64,000 bases of DNA from positions 2,400,001 to 2,464,000 of the forward strand of contig OY970067.1 of NCBI GenBank assembly GCA_963705305.1, given 5' to 3'. Below, piece after piece: positions 22,855 through 32,008 of the stretch; the stretch's first letter is position 1, and every line of letters starts with the position of its first letter. The notes beneath the pieces are model-generated. The model saw only the letters and a program-made list of their open reading frames with translations, made no database searches and was not told the DNA's origin. Position numbers and translations under genes: made by a program. The DNA comes from an uncultured Methylomirabilota bacterium. Its GTDB lineage: Bacteria; Methylomirabilota; Methylomirabilia; Methylomirabilales; 2-02-FULL-66-22.

Positions 22855-23049
22855 ATGAAAGACGACAGGAAAGAGTGGGTCCCGCCCCAATTGATCGTCC
22901 TGGGCAGGGGAACGCCGGAGGAGAATGTCCTGGGCGGCTGCAAGACCTCAACGCTGACGGGTTCCGGCGCCACGAAGACCAGCTGCAAGAAAAAAACGGG
23001 TTCTACTTGCGCCTCAACCCGGTGCAGCACCATTTCCAAAACGTCTTAG
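22855..23049 (+). CDS. Putative RiPP precursor peptide (64 aa)
   Basis: Strong RBS GGGGGAGG; WxPPxLxxLG leader; C-terminal half with 4 Cys and 18 Ser/Thr; directly upstream of rSAM/SPASM genes and PqqD. Confidence 0.85.
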   Translation: MKDDRKEWVPPQLIVLGRGTPEENVLGGCKTSTLTGSGATKTSCKKKTGSTCASTRCSTISKTS

Positions 23050-23059
23050 GTTTTCGTTC

Positions 23060-25033
23060 TTGGATAGACAAGCGAACCTCAGTAAAAGCGCGAGACGCAT
23101 CCCACGGCTGCCCCTCGAAGGCAACATCGATCTGACCTACCGGTGTAACTGCAACTGCCGCCACTGCTGGCTGTGGCTGCCGGCAAACGACAAAGTCGAG
23201 AAACGGGAGCTTTCATTCGACGACATCGATAGAATTGTGGGTGAAGCCCGGGCGATGGGCTGCCGCAGGTGGCTGATTTCCGGCGGCGAACCCATGCTGC
23301 GTCCCGACTTCGTCGATATTTTCGATATGATCACGCGCCGCTCGCTTTCCTATTCGCTGAATACGAACGGCACGCTGATCACGCCGACCATCGCCCGCCT
23401 GCTGCGAAGAAAAGGCGCGAAGATGGTCGCTCTCTACGGGGCGACCGCGGAAATCCACGATCACATTACGCGGACCCCCGGATCCTTTGCGGCGGTCCTG
23501 CGGGGTTTTGCCTACCTCCGGGAGGCCAGGGCGGGTTTCATCGTCCAGCTCATCCCCATGCGCGACAATTATCATGAGTTCGACGCCATGATGCGGCTCG
23601 CCCGCTCCCTGAGCCCCGTGTACCGCGTGGGCGCACCGTGGCTGTACCTTTCCGCCTGCCGCAGCGCCGTCCGCAACCGCGAAATTTCACGGCAGAGGTT
23701 GGACCCGGCGGATACGATCCGCGTCGAACCGCCCGATGCCGTCGATGACGATGGGCCGATGACCCAGATCGAGGGGGACGGCAAGCCGCCGTCCCGCCTT
23801 CAGCCCGGCGCAGACGGCCGGCTTTTCGAGGCCTGCATCGAAGGATGCCGGGATTTCCACATCGATCCCTACGGCGGTATGACCTTCTGCCCCTTCATCA
23901 AAGACCCTGCGCTGCGCTACAATCTGCGGAAGGGAAGTTTTCGGGAGGCATGGGATGCGTTCATCCCTTCGCTTGCCGAGAAGGTACACGCCGATCCGGA
24001 GTATGAGGAAAACTGCGGCCGCTGCGAAAAACGCGTGGATTGCCGCTGGTGCCCCGCCTATGCCTACCTGGAAGAAGGCCGATACTCGGCGAAGGTCCCG
24101 TACCTGTGCGCTCTTGCGGATGGAACGCGATCTTACAAGGAAAACTGGCTGCGGCATCACCGCCGGTATTTCCGAATTGCCGGCGTAACGATCCGGGTGG
24201 ATTCCGATCTTCCGTTCACGGAAAAGACCTTTGACCCGAAGTTCAAGAAGTTCGAAGCGGAGGGCCCGTCGGAAGATACGATTTCCTTGCGCCATCATTT
24301 TTCGGTCCCGAAATTTGACCGGGACGACACGGGCCAGGAGATGTACCGCCGGGCGCCCTGGGCGATCTACCGCAAGGGCCGATCCTGGATCTATCTGGGC
24401 ATCGGGCCCGGGCGGCGCGATCGATCTATCCACTGCGCGGCCGCATTTAATGAGGGGCATACGCGGGGGCGGATCTACAACCACGGCGAAGCCCGTTTTC
24501 GCCATGGGAACCTGCACGCCCTGACGCTGTTCCCCTCCGATCAGATCCTGCTGGCGCGGGCGCTTGCCGACCGCCAGGCCTGCTTTGTCCACGCCGCGGG
24601 GGTGGACATCGGCGGGAAGGGGCTCCTGCTGGTGGGGCATTCCGGAGCCGGGAAAACCACGGCGGCGAGAATGCTGCGGACGCATGGGGAAGTGCTCTGC
24701 GACGACCGGATCGTCGTGCGCCGCTGGCCGGAGGGGCTCCGCATCCACGGGACCTGGAGCCACGGCGAGCTGCCGGACGTGTCCGCCGGCTCCGCCCCGC
24801 TTTCCGCCATCCTGTTCCTCGAAAAGGCGGATGGAAACCGCCTCGTGCCGGTGACGAGGACCATCGAGATCGCGCGGCTTCTTGCCCAGCATGTGGTGAG
24901 GCCTCTGGTGACGGCCGACTGGTGGGAAAAGATCCTGGCCCTGGTAGACACCGTGGCGCGGGAGGCTCCGGCATACCGACTCGAGTTCGACAAGAGCGGC
25001 CGGATGATTGAGGATGTCGCGAAAATACTGTGA
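23060..25033 (+). CDS. Radical SAM/SPASM protein fused to a C-terminal HPr-kinase-like P-loop domain
   Basis: CNCNCRHC, SGGEP, SPASM CGRC..DCRWCP..YLC; C-terminal HAAGV, GHSGAGKTT, LCDD, HGTW. Confidence 0.9.
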   Translation: MDRQANLSKSARRIPRLPLEGNIDLTYRCNCNCRHCWLWLPANDKVEKRELSFDDIDRIVGEARAMGCRRWLISGGEPMLRPDFVDIFDMITRRSLSYSLNTNGTLITPTIARLLRRKGAKMVALYGATAEIHDHITRTPGSFAAVLRGFAYLREARAGFIVQLIPMRDNYHEFDAMMRLARSLSPVYRVGAPWLYLSACRSAVRNREISRQRLDPADTIRVEPPDAVDDDGPMTQIEGDGKPPSRLQPGADGRLFEACIEGCRDFHIDPYGGMTFCPFIKDPALRYNLRKGSFREAWDAFIPSLAEKVHADPEYEENCGRCEKRVDCRWCPAYAYLEEGRYSAKVPYLCALADGTRSYKENWLRHHRRYFRIAGVTIRVDSDLPFTEKTFDPKFKKFEAEGPSEDTISLRHHFSVPKFDRDDTGQEMYRRAPWAIYRKGRSWIYLGIGPGRRDRSIHCAAAFNEGHTRGRIYNHGEARFRHGNLHALTLFPSDQILLARALADRQACFVHAAGVDIGGKGLLLVGHSGAGKTTAARMLRTHGEVLCDDRIVVRRWPEGLRIHGTWSHGELPDVSAGSAPLSAILFLEKADGNRLVPVTRTIEIARLLAQHVVRPLVTADWWEKILALVDTVAREAPAYRLEFDKSGRMIEDVAKIL

Positions 25034-25060
25034 AACGTCCCCGCCGATCGGGATCACGGC

Positions 25061-26245
25061 ATGACGGAACGCACGTATGTTGATAAGAGGAATATCGGTC
25101 ATGCCCCCCACTGGGGAGGAGAGGGGCCTCCCGCGGTTCATCTCGACATCGAGCTAACGGAGCGCTGCAACAACACCTGCATCCACTGCTGCATCAACAA
25201 ACCGGCTGGGGACAAGCGGAGCCTGGCCCGCGAGCTTGAGACCTCCGCCTGGAAGGACATCCTCCGCCAGGCCGCCGAGCTGGGGGTGATGACGGTCCGT
25301 TTCACCGGCGGCGAGCCGCTGCTCCGGCAGGATTTTTCCGACCTGTACCTGTTTGCGCGCCGCCTCGGGCTGAAGGTGATGCTGTTCACCAACGCCCGGC
25401 TCATCGGGCCGCACATCGCCGCACTGCTGGCCGATGTTCCCCCCCTCGAAGATATCGAGATTTCCGTATACGGCATGAGCAGGGAGTCCTATGAAGCCGT
25501 CACGGGCGTTGACGGTTCTTACGCCGAGTTCCGCAATGGCGTGCAGTGTCTGCTCGACAGAAAGATCCCTTTCGCTGTAAAAGGAGCGCTGCTGCCGCCC
25601 AATAAACATGAAATGGCGGAATTCGCTGCCTGGGCGGCCGCCAACACTCGGATGGATATCCCTCCCACGTACGCCATGTTCTTTGACCTGCGGGGGCGGC
25701 GGGATTCCGCCGCCAAAGACAGCAGGATCAGGCGCCTGCGCGTCTCTCCCGAAGAGGGCCTGCAGATCCTCACCCGGCATCCGGACCGGTACCTGAAGGA
25801 GATGTCCGAATTCTTTGAAAGGTATTCATCGCCTCCCGGTGACCGGCTGTTCACCTGTGGAATCGGACCGGGTTGCGTGGATGCCTACGGTGTTTTCCAG
25901 CCCTGCCTGTCGCTCCGACACCCCGATTTGACTTCTGATTTAAAAAGAGGCGCCCTGAAAGAAGCCCTGGCGTCCGGAGTCACCCGCCTTCGAGAAATGA
26001 AGGCCACGAATCCGCTTTATCTCAAACGATGCGCACGCTGTTTCCTGAGGGGCTTCTGTGAGCAATGCCCGGCCAAGTCATGGTCTGAACACGGCACGCT
26101 GGACAGGCCGGTCGAATACTGCTGCCGGGTGGCCCATGCGCAGGCCCGGTTTCTGGGGCTCGTCATGGAGAAAGAACGGGCATGGGAGGTCCGCGACAGC
26201 GCAGAAAGAATACAGAACCTCAGAAGGAGAGTGGCGGCGACATGA
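25061..26245 (+). CDS. Radical SAM/SPASM maturase
   Basis: CNNTCIHC, TGGEP, CGIG..QPC, CARCFLRGFCEQCP..YCC. Confidence 0.93.
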   Translation: MTERTYVDKRNIGHAPHWGGEGPPAVHLDIELTERCNNTCIHCCINKPAGDKRSLARELETSAWKDILRQAAELGVMTVRFTGGEPLLRQDFSDLYLFARRLGLKVMLFTNARLIGPHIAALLADVPPLEDIEISVYGMSRESYEAVTGVDGSYAEFRNGVQCLLDRKIPFAVKGALLPPNKHEMAEFAAWAAANTRMDIPPTYAMFFDLRGRRDSAAKDSRIRRLRVSPEEGLQILTRHPDRYLKEMSEFFERYSSPPGDRLFTCGIGPGCVDAYGVFQPCLSLRHPDLTSDLKRGALKEALASGVTRLREMKATNPLYLKRCARCFLRGFCEQCPAKSWSEHGTLDRPVEYCCRVAHAQARFLGLVMEKERAWEVRDSAERIQNLRRRVAAT

Positions 26246-26550
26246 AGAAGATACGGATGGACATGGTTTTTTCCCACTCCAGCGATGTGGTGTCGAGGGA
26301 AATTGACGGCGCTTTGATTATCGTCCCCCTCACATCCGGCGTGGGCGATATGGAAGACGACCTGTTTTCCATGAATGAATCCGGTACGGAAATCTGGAGC
26401 ATGCTGGACGGCAAAAAGACCTTGCAAGAGATCGTCGAGGCCCTGGCTCGGCAATACCATGCCGAGCCGGGAGAGATCGAACGGGACGTCGCTGGAATCG
26501 TCGAGGAATTGCTCAAAAGGAGAATGCTTGTCGAAGCGACCGCCGCGTGA
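26242..26550 (+). CDS. PqqD-family protein (RiPP recognition element)
   Basis: VVSREIDG, FSMNESGTEIWSMLDG, IERDV..IVEELLKRRML; ATGA overlap with the upstream gene. Confidence 0.92.
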   Translation: MKKIRMDMVFSHSSDVVSREIDGALIIVPLTSGVGDMEDDLFSMNESGTEIWSMLDGKKTLQEIVEALARQYHAEPGEIERDVAGIVEELLKRRMLVEATAA

Positions 26551-27058
26551 ATACCTGCATCCCGCGATGCGGAAAGTCGGCCTGCCCCTTTCCGGAGAGG
26601 CCCTGATTGCGCTCATGCAGACTGTGCATGGGAAAGGATTCCCCTTCCGATTCAGCGCCGGCGGATACAGCATGACGCCCTTCATCAGGGATGGCGACGT
26701 GATCACCGTCTCTTCCCTGGCTTCGCATGCGCCGCGTCGGGGGGACGTCGTGGCGTTCGTCCACCCGGAAACACAACGGCTTTGCCTGCACCGGGTGCTG
26801 TCCGTCCATGGAGACAGCTTCTTCATCCAGGGCGACAATATGCCTGAAAGACCGGACGGTGTGATTCCGCGAGAGGCGATTCTCGGGCGGGTCACGGGTA
26901 TCGAGCGCGCCGGCAGGAGAGTCAGACTGGGGCTCGGCCCCGAACGCCTGCTGGTCGCCATTCTGAGCCGATGCGGAGGCATGGCCCTGACCCGGCGGTA
27001 TGCCGGCTGGCTCCATGCCTATTTCAGCAGGAGCCACGGATCGTGCGAAAAGCGTTAG
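26528..27058 (+). CDS. S24/S26-family (signal peptidase-like) peptidase; start uncertain
   Basis: GYSMTPFIRDGD, GDVVAF, LHRV, QGDN, ILGRV. Confidence 0.85.
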   Translation: MSKRPPREYLHPAMRKVGLPLSGEALIALMQTVHGKGFPFRFSAGGYSMTPFIRDGDVITVSSLASHAPRRGDVVAFVHPETQRLCLHRVLSVHGDSFFIQGDNMPERPDGVIPREAILGRVTGIERAGRRVRLGLGPERLLVAILSRCGGMALTRRYAGWLHAYFSRSHGSCEKR

Positions 27059-28188
27059 TATCCTATACGAGCCTGCCCGATTTTGCGCTCTGGGATGCAC
27101 TCGGGGACAGGCGGATTCCGCTGTCCTTCGATCTCGAGGTGACCGCCCGCTGCAACAACAATTGCCGTCATTGCTACATCAACCTCCCGCCGGACGATAG
27201 CGCGGCTCTGCGTGATGAACTGACGCTGGAGGAAATCAGCCGCATTGCGGACCAGGCTGTCTCCCTCGGGTCCCTCTGGTGCCTGATAACGGGCGGCGAA
27301 CCTCTTCTCCGAGCAGATTTTCCTGATCTGTACCGGCTGCTGAAGAGCAAGGGCCTGTTGGTTTCCCTTTTTACCAATGCCTGCCTGGTCACGGAGAAGC
27401 ACATACAACTGTTCAGGAGCTATCCCCCGCGGGATATCGAGGTCACCGTGTATGGCGCCACGGGCGAGACGTATGAACGGGTGACCCGTAGTTCCGGCTC
27501 CTATGCGGCGTTCCGCCGCGGCCTGACCCTGCTGCTCGAGGGGGGGGTCAAGGTGAATCTGAAGACCATGGTGCTGCGTTCCAATAAGCATGAACTGCCG
27601 GCTATCGCCCGTTTCTGCCGAGAAAGAACGAAAGGCCCTTTTCGCTTCGATCCCATGCTGCACCTGCGGTTTGACGGAAACGAGCGAAGAAACGATGAAA
27701 TACGCGCAGAGAGGCTGACGGCCGAGGAGATCATCGGGATTGAACAGGCGGATCCGGAGCGGTTGGCGGCCATGGAAAAGAGATGCGGCATGCTGGAGAC
27801 AGCCGCCGCCGAGGCAGGACCGGATTATCGTCTTTTTCAGTGCCAGGCGGGAGGAGAGAGTTTCGCCGTGAGCTGCAACGGTCTCTTCCGTCTCTGCTCG
27901 TCTCTGTGGCAGCCTGACTGTCTCTACGATCTGTGCCAGGGCACGCTGGCCGAAGCCTGGTTCGATTTCACCCCGCGGATACGCGCAATCACCTCGGACA
28001 ACACTGAATATCTCGAGACCTGCCGCCTGTGTCCCCTCATGAATCTGTGCCAATGGTGCCCCGCCCATGCCCATCTGGAGTGCGGCCGCATGGATGAACG
28101 GTGTGGATACTTCTGCCGCGTGACACAGGCACGGGCGGAAGCGTTCGGGAAGCGGGAAAAGGCGGCATCCACATCCGAAGAAAGATGA
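27043..28188 (+). CDS. Radical SAM/SPASM maturase
   Basis: CNNNCRHC, TGGEP, CQAG..RLC, CRLCPLMNLCQWCP..YFC. Confidence 0.93.
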   Translation: MRKALVSYTSLPDFALWDALGDRRIPLSFDLEVTARCNNNCRHCYINLPPDDSAALRDELTLEEISRIADQAVSLGSLWCLITGGEPLLRADFPDLYRLLKSKGLLVSLFTNACLVTEKHIQLFRSYPPRDIEVTVYGATGETYERVTRSSGSYAAFRRGLTLLLEGGVKVNLKTMVLRSNKHELPAIARFCRERTKGPFRFDPMLHLRFDGNERRNDEIRAERLTAEEIIGIEQADPERLAAMEKRCGMLETAAAEAGPDYRLFQCQAGGESFAVSCNGLFRLCSSLWQPDCLYDLCQGTLAEAWFDFTPRIRAITSDNTEYLETCRLCPLMNLCQWCPAHAHLECGRMDERCGYFCRVTQARAEAFGKREKAASTSEER

Positions 28189-28208
28189 AGGGCTTATCCT
28201 GCTCCCAG

Positions 28209-28385
28209 TGAAGTCGACGCCACCCTGACGCTCTGGGGGGATCCCTGGCGCGGAGGTGGCTACGGTCGACAACAGTCCCGAGCCCGTGGAACGCTGGATT
28301 GCCAAGGGCCGAGCGGCGCTCGTGCTCGCCATCCCGAAGGGGGAGACGACAATCGCGGAGGCCGCCCGCCGGCACGGCCTCAGGG
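28209..28385 (+). pseudogene. IS3-like element left end with truncated OrfA (DUF1153-like HTH)
   Basis: TG-start end; [39 protein letters not shown]. Confidence 0.65.
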
Positions 28386-31013
28386 CCGGTCGAGGCGGCC
28401 GACCTGGACAGGCACGCGCGGAAGATCGCCGTCATGGGGGAGGGGCAGGAAATCGGGGCCCCACACCGCCAGCTCCAGCTCGTACCGCCCGGGGGCGGGA
28501 GGCGCGGGGATCACCCAGGCCACGGGAACGGCTTGGCCGGGAAACACGTCGTCCGGGAGGGGGACAAGGTCGGTCGAGACGGGGCGCCCCGCCAGGAGCC
28601 AGCGCGTCCGCAGGATGAAGCATCCGAAGTAGGACCGGGGCGTGGCCAGCCACAGGGCGCTCCGGCCCGCTCCCCAGATCGGCCACTCCGCCCCCAGCTC
28701 GGGCAGGTCCGCCGAGGCATACCAGAGGGCGAGATCGTGAAGCGTGGCGAGCCGTCGGAACGGCATCGCGTCGGCGGTGCCGCGGGCGGTGGGCCGCCAC
28801 GGGACGGCTCCGACATTTCGGACCAGCGCCGACGCCTGGATCGGCTGGCTGACGCCGACCGCCAGCTCCGGGGGCCCGAGCCAGGTCAGCGCCGCGCGGG
28901 GCTCTCCGCTCGAGGACGCTTCCGGGGAGACGAGGACGGGCCGGACCAGGCGGAAGACGTCTCCCCCTATCTCCAGACGGTAACTCCCCGGGGACCGGGG
29001 GGTTTCCAGGGGGAGGGCGGTCAGGTACTGACCCCCCGCCGGCAGGAGCGTCGGGAGGTAGGTCGCGACACGCTCCTCGACCCGGGGGCCGCCGTCCGCT
29101 GGAATCCAGGTCACCCGGACCGGTCGGATCCCGAGGGGGCCGGGGTTGACCCACGGGGCTCCGGATCGTTCCAGGAGGAGGAGCCGGAGCCGGAGCGGGC
29201 GCCCGGCGGGAAGGCCCGCAGGCAGCGATGCCTCCGCATCCAGGCCGGCTGCCCGCCGCGAGGCGGGCGGGATGCGATACAGCTGGATGTCCGGCAAGGC
29301 AAGGATCCGCTCCAAACCCGGGATCGGCGGCGCGCCCTGGCGCCAGGCGGCGCGCGCCGCCTCGGGCAGCGCATCCAGGTGCACCGCCAGTGTCCGAACG
29401 CCCAGGGCGCCCAGCGCCTCCACGACGCGGGGGGACAGCCCTTCGCCGTTCACCAGGGCGGCGATCTCGTAGTAGGAGCCGGGCCGGAATCCGGAATAGC
29501 CGTTGACCAAGGGCGCCCAGTCGCGCGTACTCTGCAGCGCGTAGGTGGCCTCGGTCAGCGGGTCGTAGATGGAAAAGGGGATCTCCAGGACGGCGCCCTC
29601 CGCGGCTCGCTCGCGCAGGATTCGGGTGACCGCAGCGTCGCCGAGGGACACGGGCCGGAGGGGGACGGGGACATGGAGGGCCTCCAGCGTCATGGCCGCC
29701 AGGGCGAGGCCTCCCAGGATGGCGCCGGGCTGCGGCAGCGCCGGCCGTCGCTCCCGCAGGAAGTCGGCGAGGCGGGCGAGACCGGCGGCCGCGAAGAGGG
29801 CCAGGGGGACGAGGGCGAGGAGCGCGAAGCGGGCGGGGACGCGAATGCCGCCGAGCCCCGGCAGGCCAAGGAACAGACCGAGATAGGGGAGCGGCCACTG
29901 GGCCGGGGCGTCGCCCCAGATCAGGATGGGGCCGAGCGCCAGGACCAGGGCCGTCGCGCCCACCAGGGCCAGCGCAGGCGCTGCGGCGGGCCAGGCCGCC
30001 CCCCCGCGCGTGGCGACCCGCCGCCGGGACGCCAGCCCCCAGGCGGCCAGGCCCCAGGGCAGGAGGCCGAAGAAGAGGGCGCTCTCCCAGGGAGCATCCC
30101 GGCGCCGGAACTTGGCCGTGGCGGCCCCGTAGAGCCAGTTGGCCTGGTCGGCGGCAAGAAAGCTGGCCGGCTCGGCGCTGTAGCGCACGAGGTCGCCGAG
30201 GCCACGCTGATAGCCCCACTGGGCTTGCGAGTGGGCATAGGGGAGCGCCACGGGGAGAAAGAGGAGGGCCCCGACGAGCAGGGCGACGGCGAGGTGCGAC
30301 AGGGCCTGCAGGCGAGGCCATCGCCCCCGCTCCTGCCAGGTGCGCACCGCCAGGTAGGGGACGAGGAGAAGCCCTGCCATGATGCCCAGGTAGGCAGAGC
30401 TGAGGAACTGGCACCAGAGCAGACCGCTGGCGGCCACAGCTAGGGTCCACCGCGGCCGCCGGAGCCACGCCTCCACGGCCAGGAAGACCAGGGGAGTCCA
30501 CCAGGCGGACGACAGCTGCAGGTGAACCAGGTGCGGGAAGCGGGGGAGCGCGAACGCGTACACGAACCCCGCCACCAGGGCGGGCCCCCGGCGTCCGAGG
30601 AGGGCCCAGGCCAGCCAGGCCATGCAGAGTCCATTGAGGACGAAGGCGCCCAGCAGGGTCAGATTGCAGGCGAGGATGGGATTCCCCGTCAGAAAGTAGA
30701 GCGGGGCGAAGAGCGGCTGGTCGCCCAGCAGGCTGTCCGAGAAGGCCAGCGCATCGCGGGCCGGGTAGAATATGTTGGCCTGAAAGAGCCGCAGGGGGGC
30801 ATGAGCTAGTGCATGGGCCCCCCAGCTCAGGATGTAGGCGGTGAGAGGGGGGTCGGAGGCGCTGGCGAGGTTTTCGTGGGTGATGAGGTGATCAGTGAGA
30901 TGCGCCGCCAGCGGCCAGGTCAGGCCCACGGCGGTGATCGCGTAGAGGGCGAGAGCGCCAAGGAACAGGCGGGCTGTCGGGCGGCCTGCGGGCGAAGGCC
31001 CGGGCTGAGACAT
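28380..31013 (-). CDS. Large polytopic membrane protein, YfhO/GT-C glycosyltransferase-like, with C-terminal Ig-like (NBR1-type) domain
   Basis: Many TM segments, ANIFYP, RVPARF, PLVNGYSGF, VRNVGAVPW, PPAPGRYEL. Confidence 0.7.
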   Translation of the reverse strand: MSQPGPSPAGRPTARLFLGALALYAITAVGLTWPLAAHLTDHLITHENLASASDPPLTAYILSWGAHALAHAPLRLFQANIFYPARDALAFSDSLLGDQPLFAPLYFLTGNPILACNLTLLGAFVLNGLCMAWLAWALLGRRGPALVAGFVYAFALPRFPHLVHLQLSSAWWTPLVFLAVEAWLRRPRWTLAVAASGLLWCQFLSSAYLGIMAGLLLVPYLAVRTWQERGRWPRLQALSHLAVALLVGALLFLPVALPYAHSQAQWGYQRGLGDLVRYSAEPASFLAADQANWLYGAATAKFRRRDAPWESALFFGLLPWGLAAWGLASRRRVATRGGAAWPAAAPALALVGATALVLALGPILIWGDAPAQWPLPYLGLFLGLPGLGGIRVPARFALLALVPLALFAAAGLARLADFLRERRPALPQPGAILGGLALAAMTLEALHVPVPLRPVSLGDAAVTRILRERAAEGAVLEIPFSIYDPLTEATYALQSTRDWAPLVNGYSGFRPGSYYEIAALVNGEGLSPRVVEALGALGVRTLAVHLDALPEAARAAWRQGAPPIPGLERILALPDIQLYRIPPASRRAAGLDAEASLPAGLPAGRPLRLRLLLLERSGAPWVNPGPLGIRPVRVTWIPADGGPRVEERVATYLPTLLPAGGQYLTALPLETPRSPGSYRLEIGGDVFRLVRPVLVSPEASSSGEPRAALTWLGPPELAVGVSQPIQASALVRNVGAVPWRPTARGTADAMPFRRLATLHDLALWYASADLPELGAEWPIWGAGRSALWLATPRSYFGCFILRTRWLLAGRPVSTDLVPLPDDVFPGQAVPVAWVIPAPPAPGRYELELAVWGPDFLPLPHDGDLPRVPVQVGRLDRP

Positions 31014-31169
31014 GCTCAGGCGTTCCCGCACGGCATCAGCCCGGACATGTCACGTACACCGCGGAGGCGCCAAAGGCGCGGAGACAACGACAGCCTCCTC
31101 GAGCTTGCGGAGGGGGGCCTTGCATCCTCGTGTTCCGTGCTCCCCCATCCGGGGACGGGCAAACGCACG

Positions 31170-31390
31170 GGATCGCGCCGGCGCGATTCCCACAGCTTTA
31201 TCCCTTTCTGGTGAAAGAGGCCGCTTCCCCACGTGGTGCTTCCTCGATATTGGTGAGGGCGTGCAGCAAGCCAGCTGCTCACCCAGCCTGGACGACGAAG
31301 AACCCAGCCGCAACGATGCGGGACAATACCGCACGTGTCAAGCAGTTCCGAAGCCCGGAGGCGGGCTTGTGGATGGGGTAGAGATCAGGT
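31170..31390 (+). pseudogene. Diverged remnant of the IS110 5' region (leader plus first codons)
   Basis: Aligns without gaps to the reverse complement of ~15580-15762; MRDNTARVKQFR versus LRDNATRVKRFR. Confidence 0.8.
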
Positions 31391-31549
31391 CGATTTGGGG
31401 ACGCAGCAGGTCTTGTCAGTGTATTGTGTGTGGGGAGGGTCGCCCGGGAGGACAATGAGGCTGAATTGTCCTGGTCTTGTCGGCCGTCGCCGTCAGAAAC
31501 ACGGAAGCCCCCTGACCCCGGGGGCCAGGAGGCAGTCAGCGTCGTGTCC

Positions 31550-32008
31550 TCAACGGGATGTGGGAGACGGCGACGGACTCGTGGGCGGCGCGGTCGTGGG
31601 TGGGACGACGGTCAGCCAGCCGGAGGGGCATTTCTTGACATAGGGGTAGTAGGCGCGGGAATCCGGGCAGTAGTACCAGTAGATGGGGGGCGGCGCGGGC
31701 TCTTGCTGGAAGTACACGGGTGGAGGCGGCGGAGACGCCACCGGCGGTGCGTAGTAGGGGGAGGCGTAGTCCGGGTACGCGGGTCCCCACCACCACGGAG
31801 CTCCCCACCAGATGTCGGGCCCGATCACGACGCCGCCGTCGCCGCCACCATGCCCATGAAAAACTCTCCCCCCATGCCGGCCGCCCCACGCATGGCGGGC
31901 ACCCCCATGCCCGTGAAAGTTCTCACCCCGCCTCGCGAGCGCCGGCGATGACGCGCCGAACAGGAGGGCTGTCATCAGCAGGACCGCAGGAATGATCTTC
32001 TTCCGCAT
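31550..32008 (-). CDS. Secreted His/Gly- and Pro/Tyr-rich hypothetical protein
   Basis: Signal peptide (ALA), YWYYCPDSRAYYPYVKKCPSGWLTV motif. Confidence 0.8.
   Translation of the reverse strand: MRKKIIPAVLLMTALLFGASSPALARRGENFHGHGGARHAWGGRHGGRVFHGHGGGDGGVVIGPDIWWGAPWWWGPAYPDYASPYYAPPVASPPPPPVYFQQEPAPPPIYWYYCPDSRAYYPYVKKCPSGWLTVVPPTTAPPTSPSPSPTSR

Noticed and set aside
22855..28188. Classical lasso peptide cluster
   Set aside because: There is no asparagine-synthetase-like cyclase or transglutaminase-like B2 protease, and no Asp/Glu acceptor in the putative core.
31150..31235. c-di-GMP-I riboswitch-like GGGCAAAC
   Set aside because: It lacks the GNRA loop and GACGCAAAG core, and most of the region is explained as an IS110 leader remnant.
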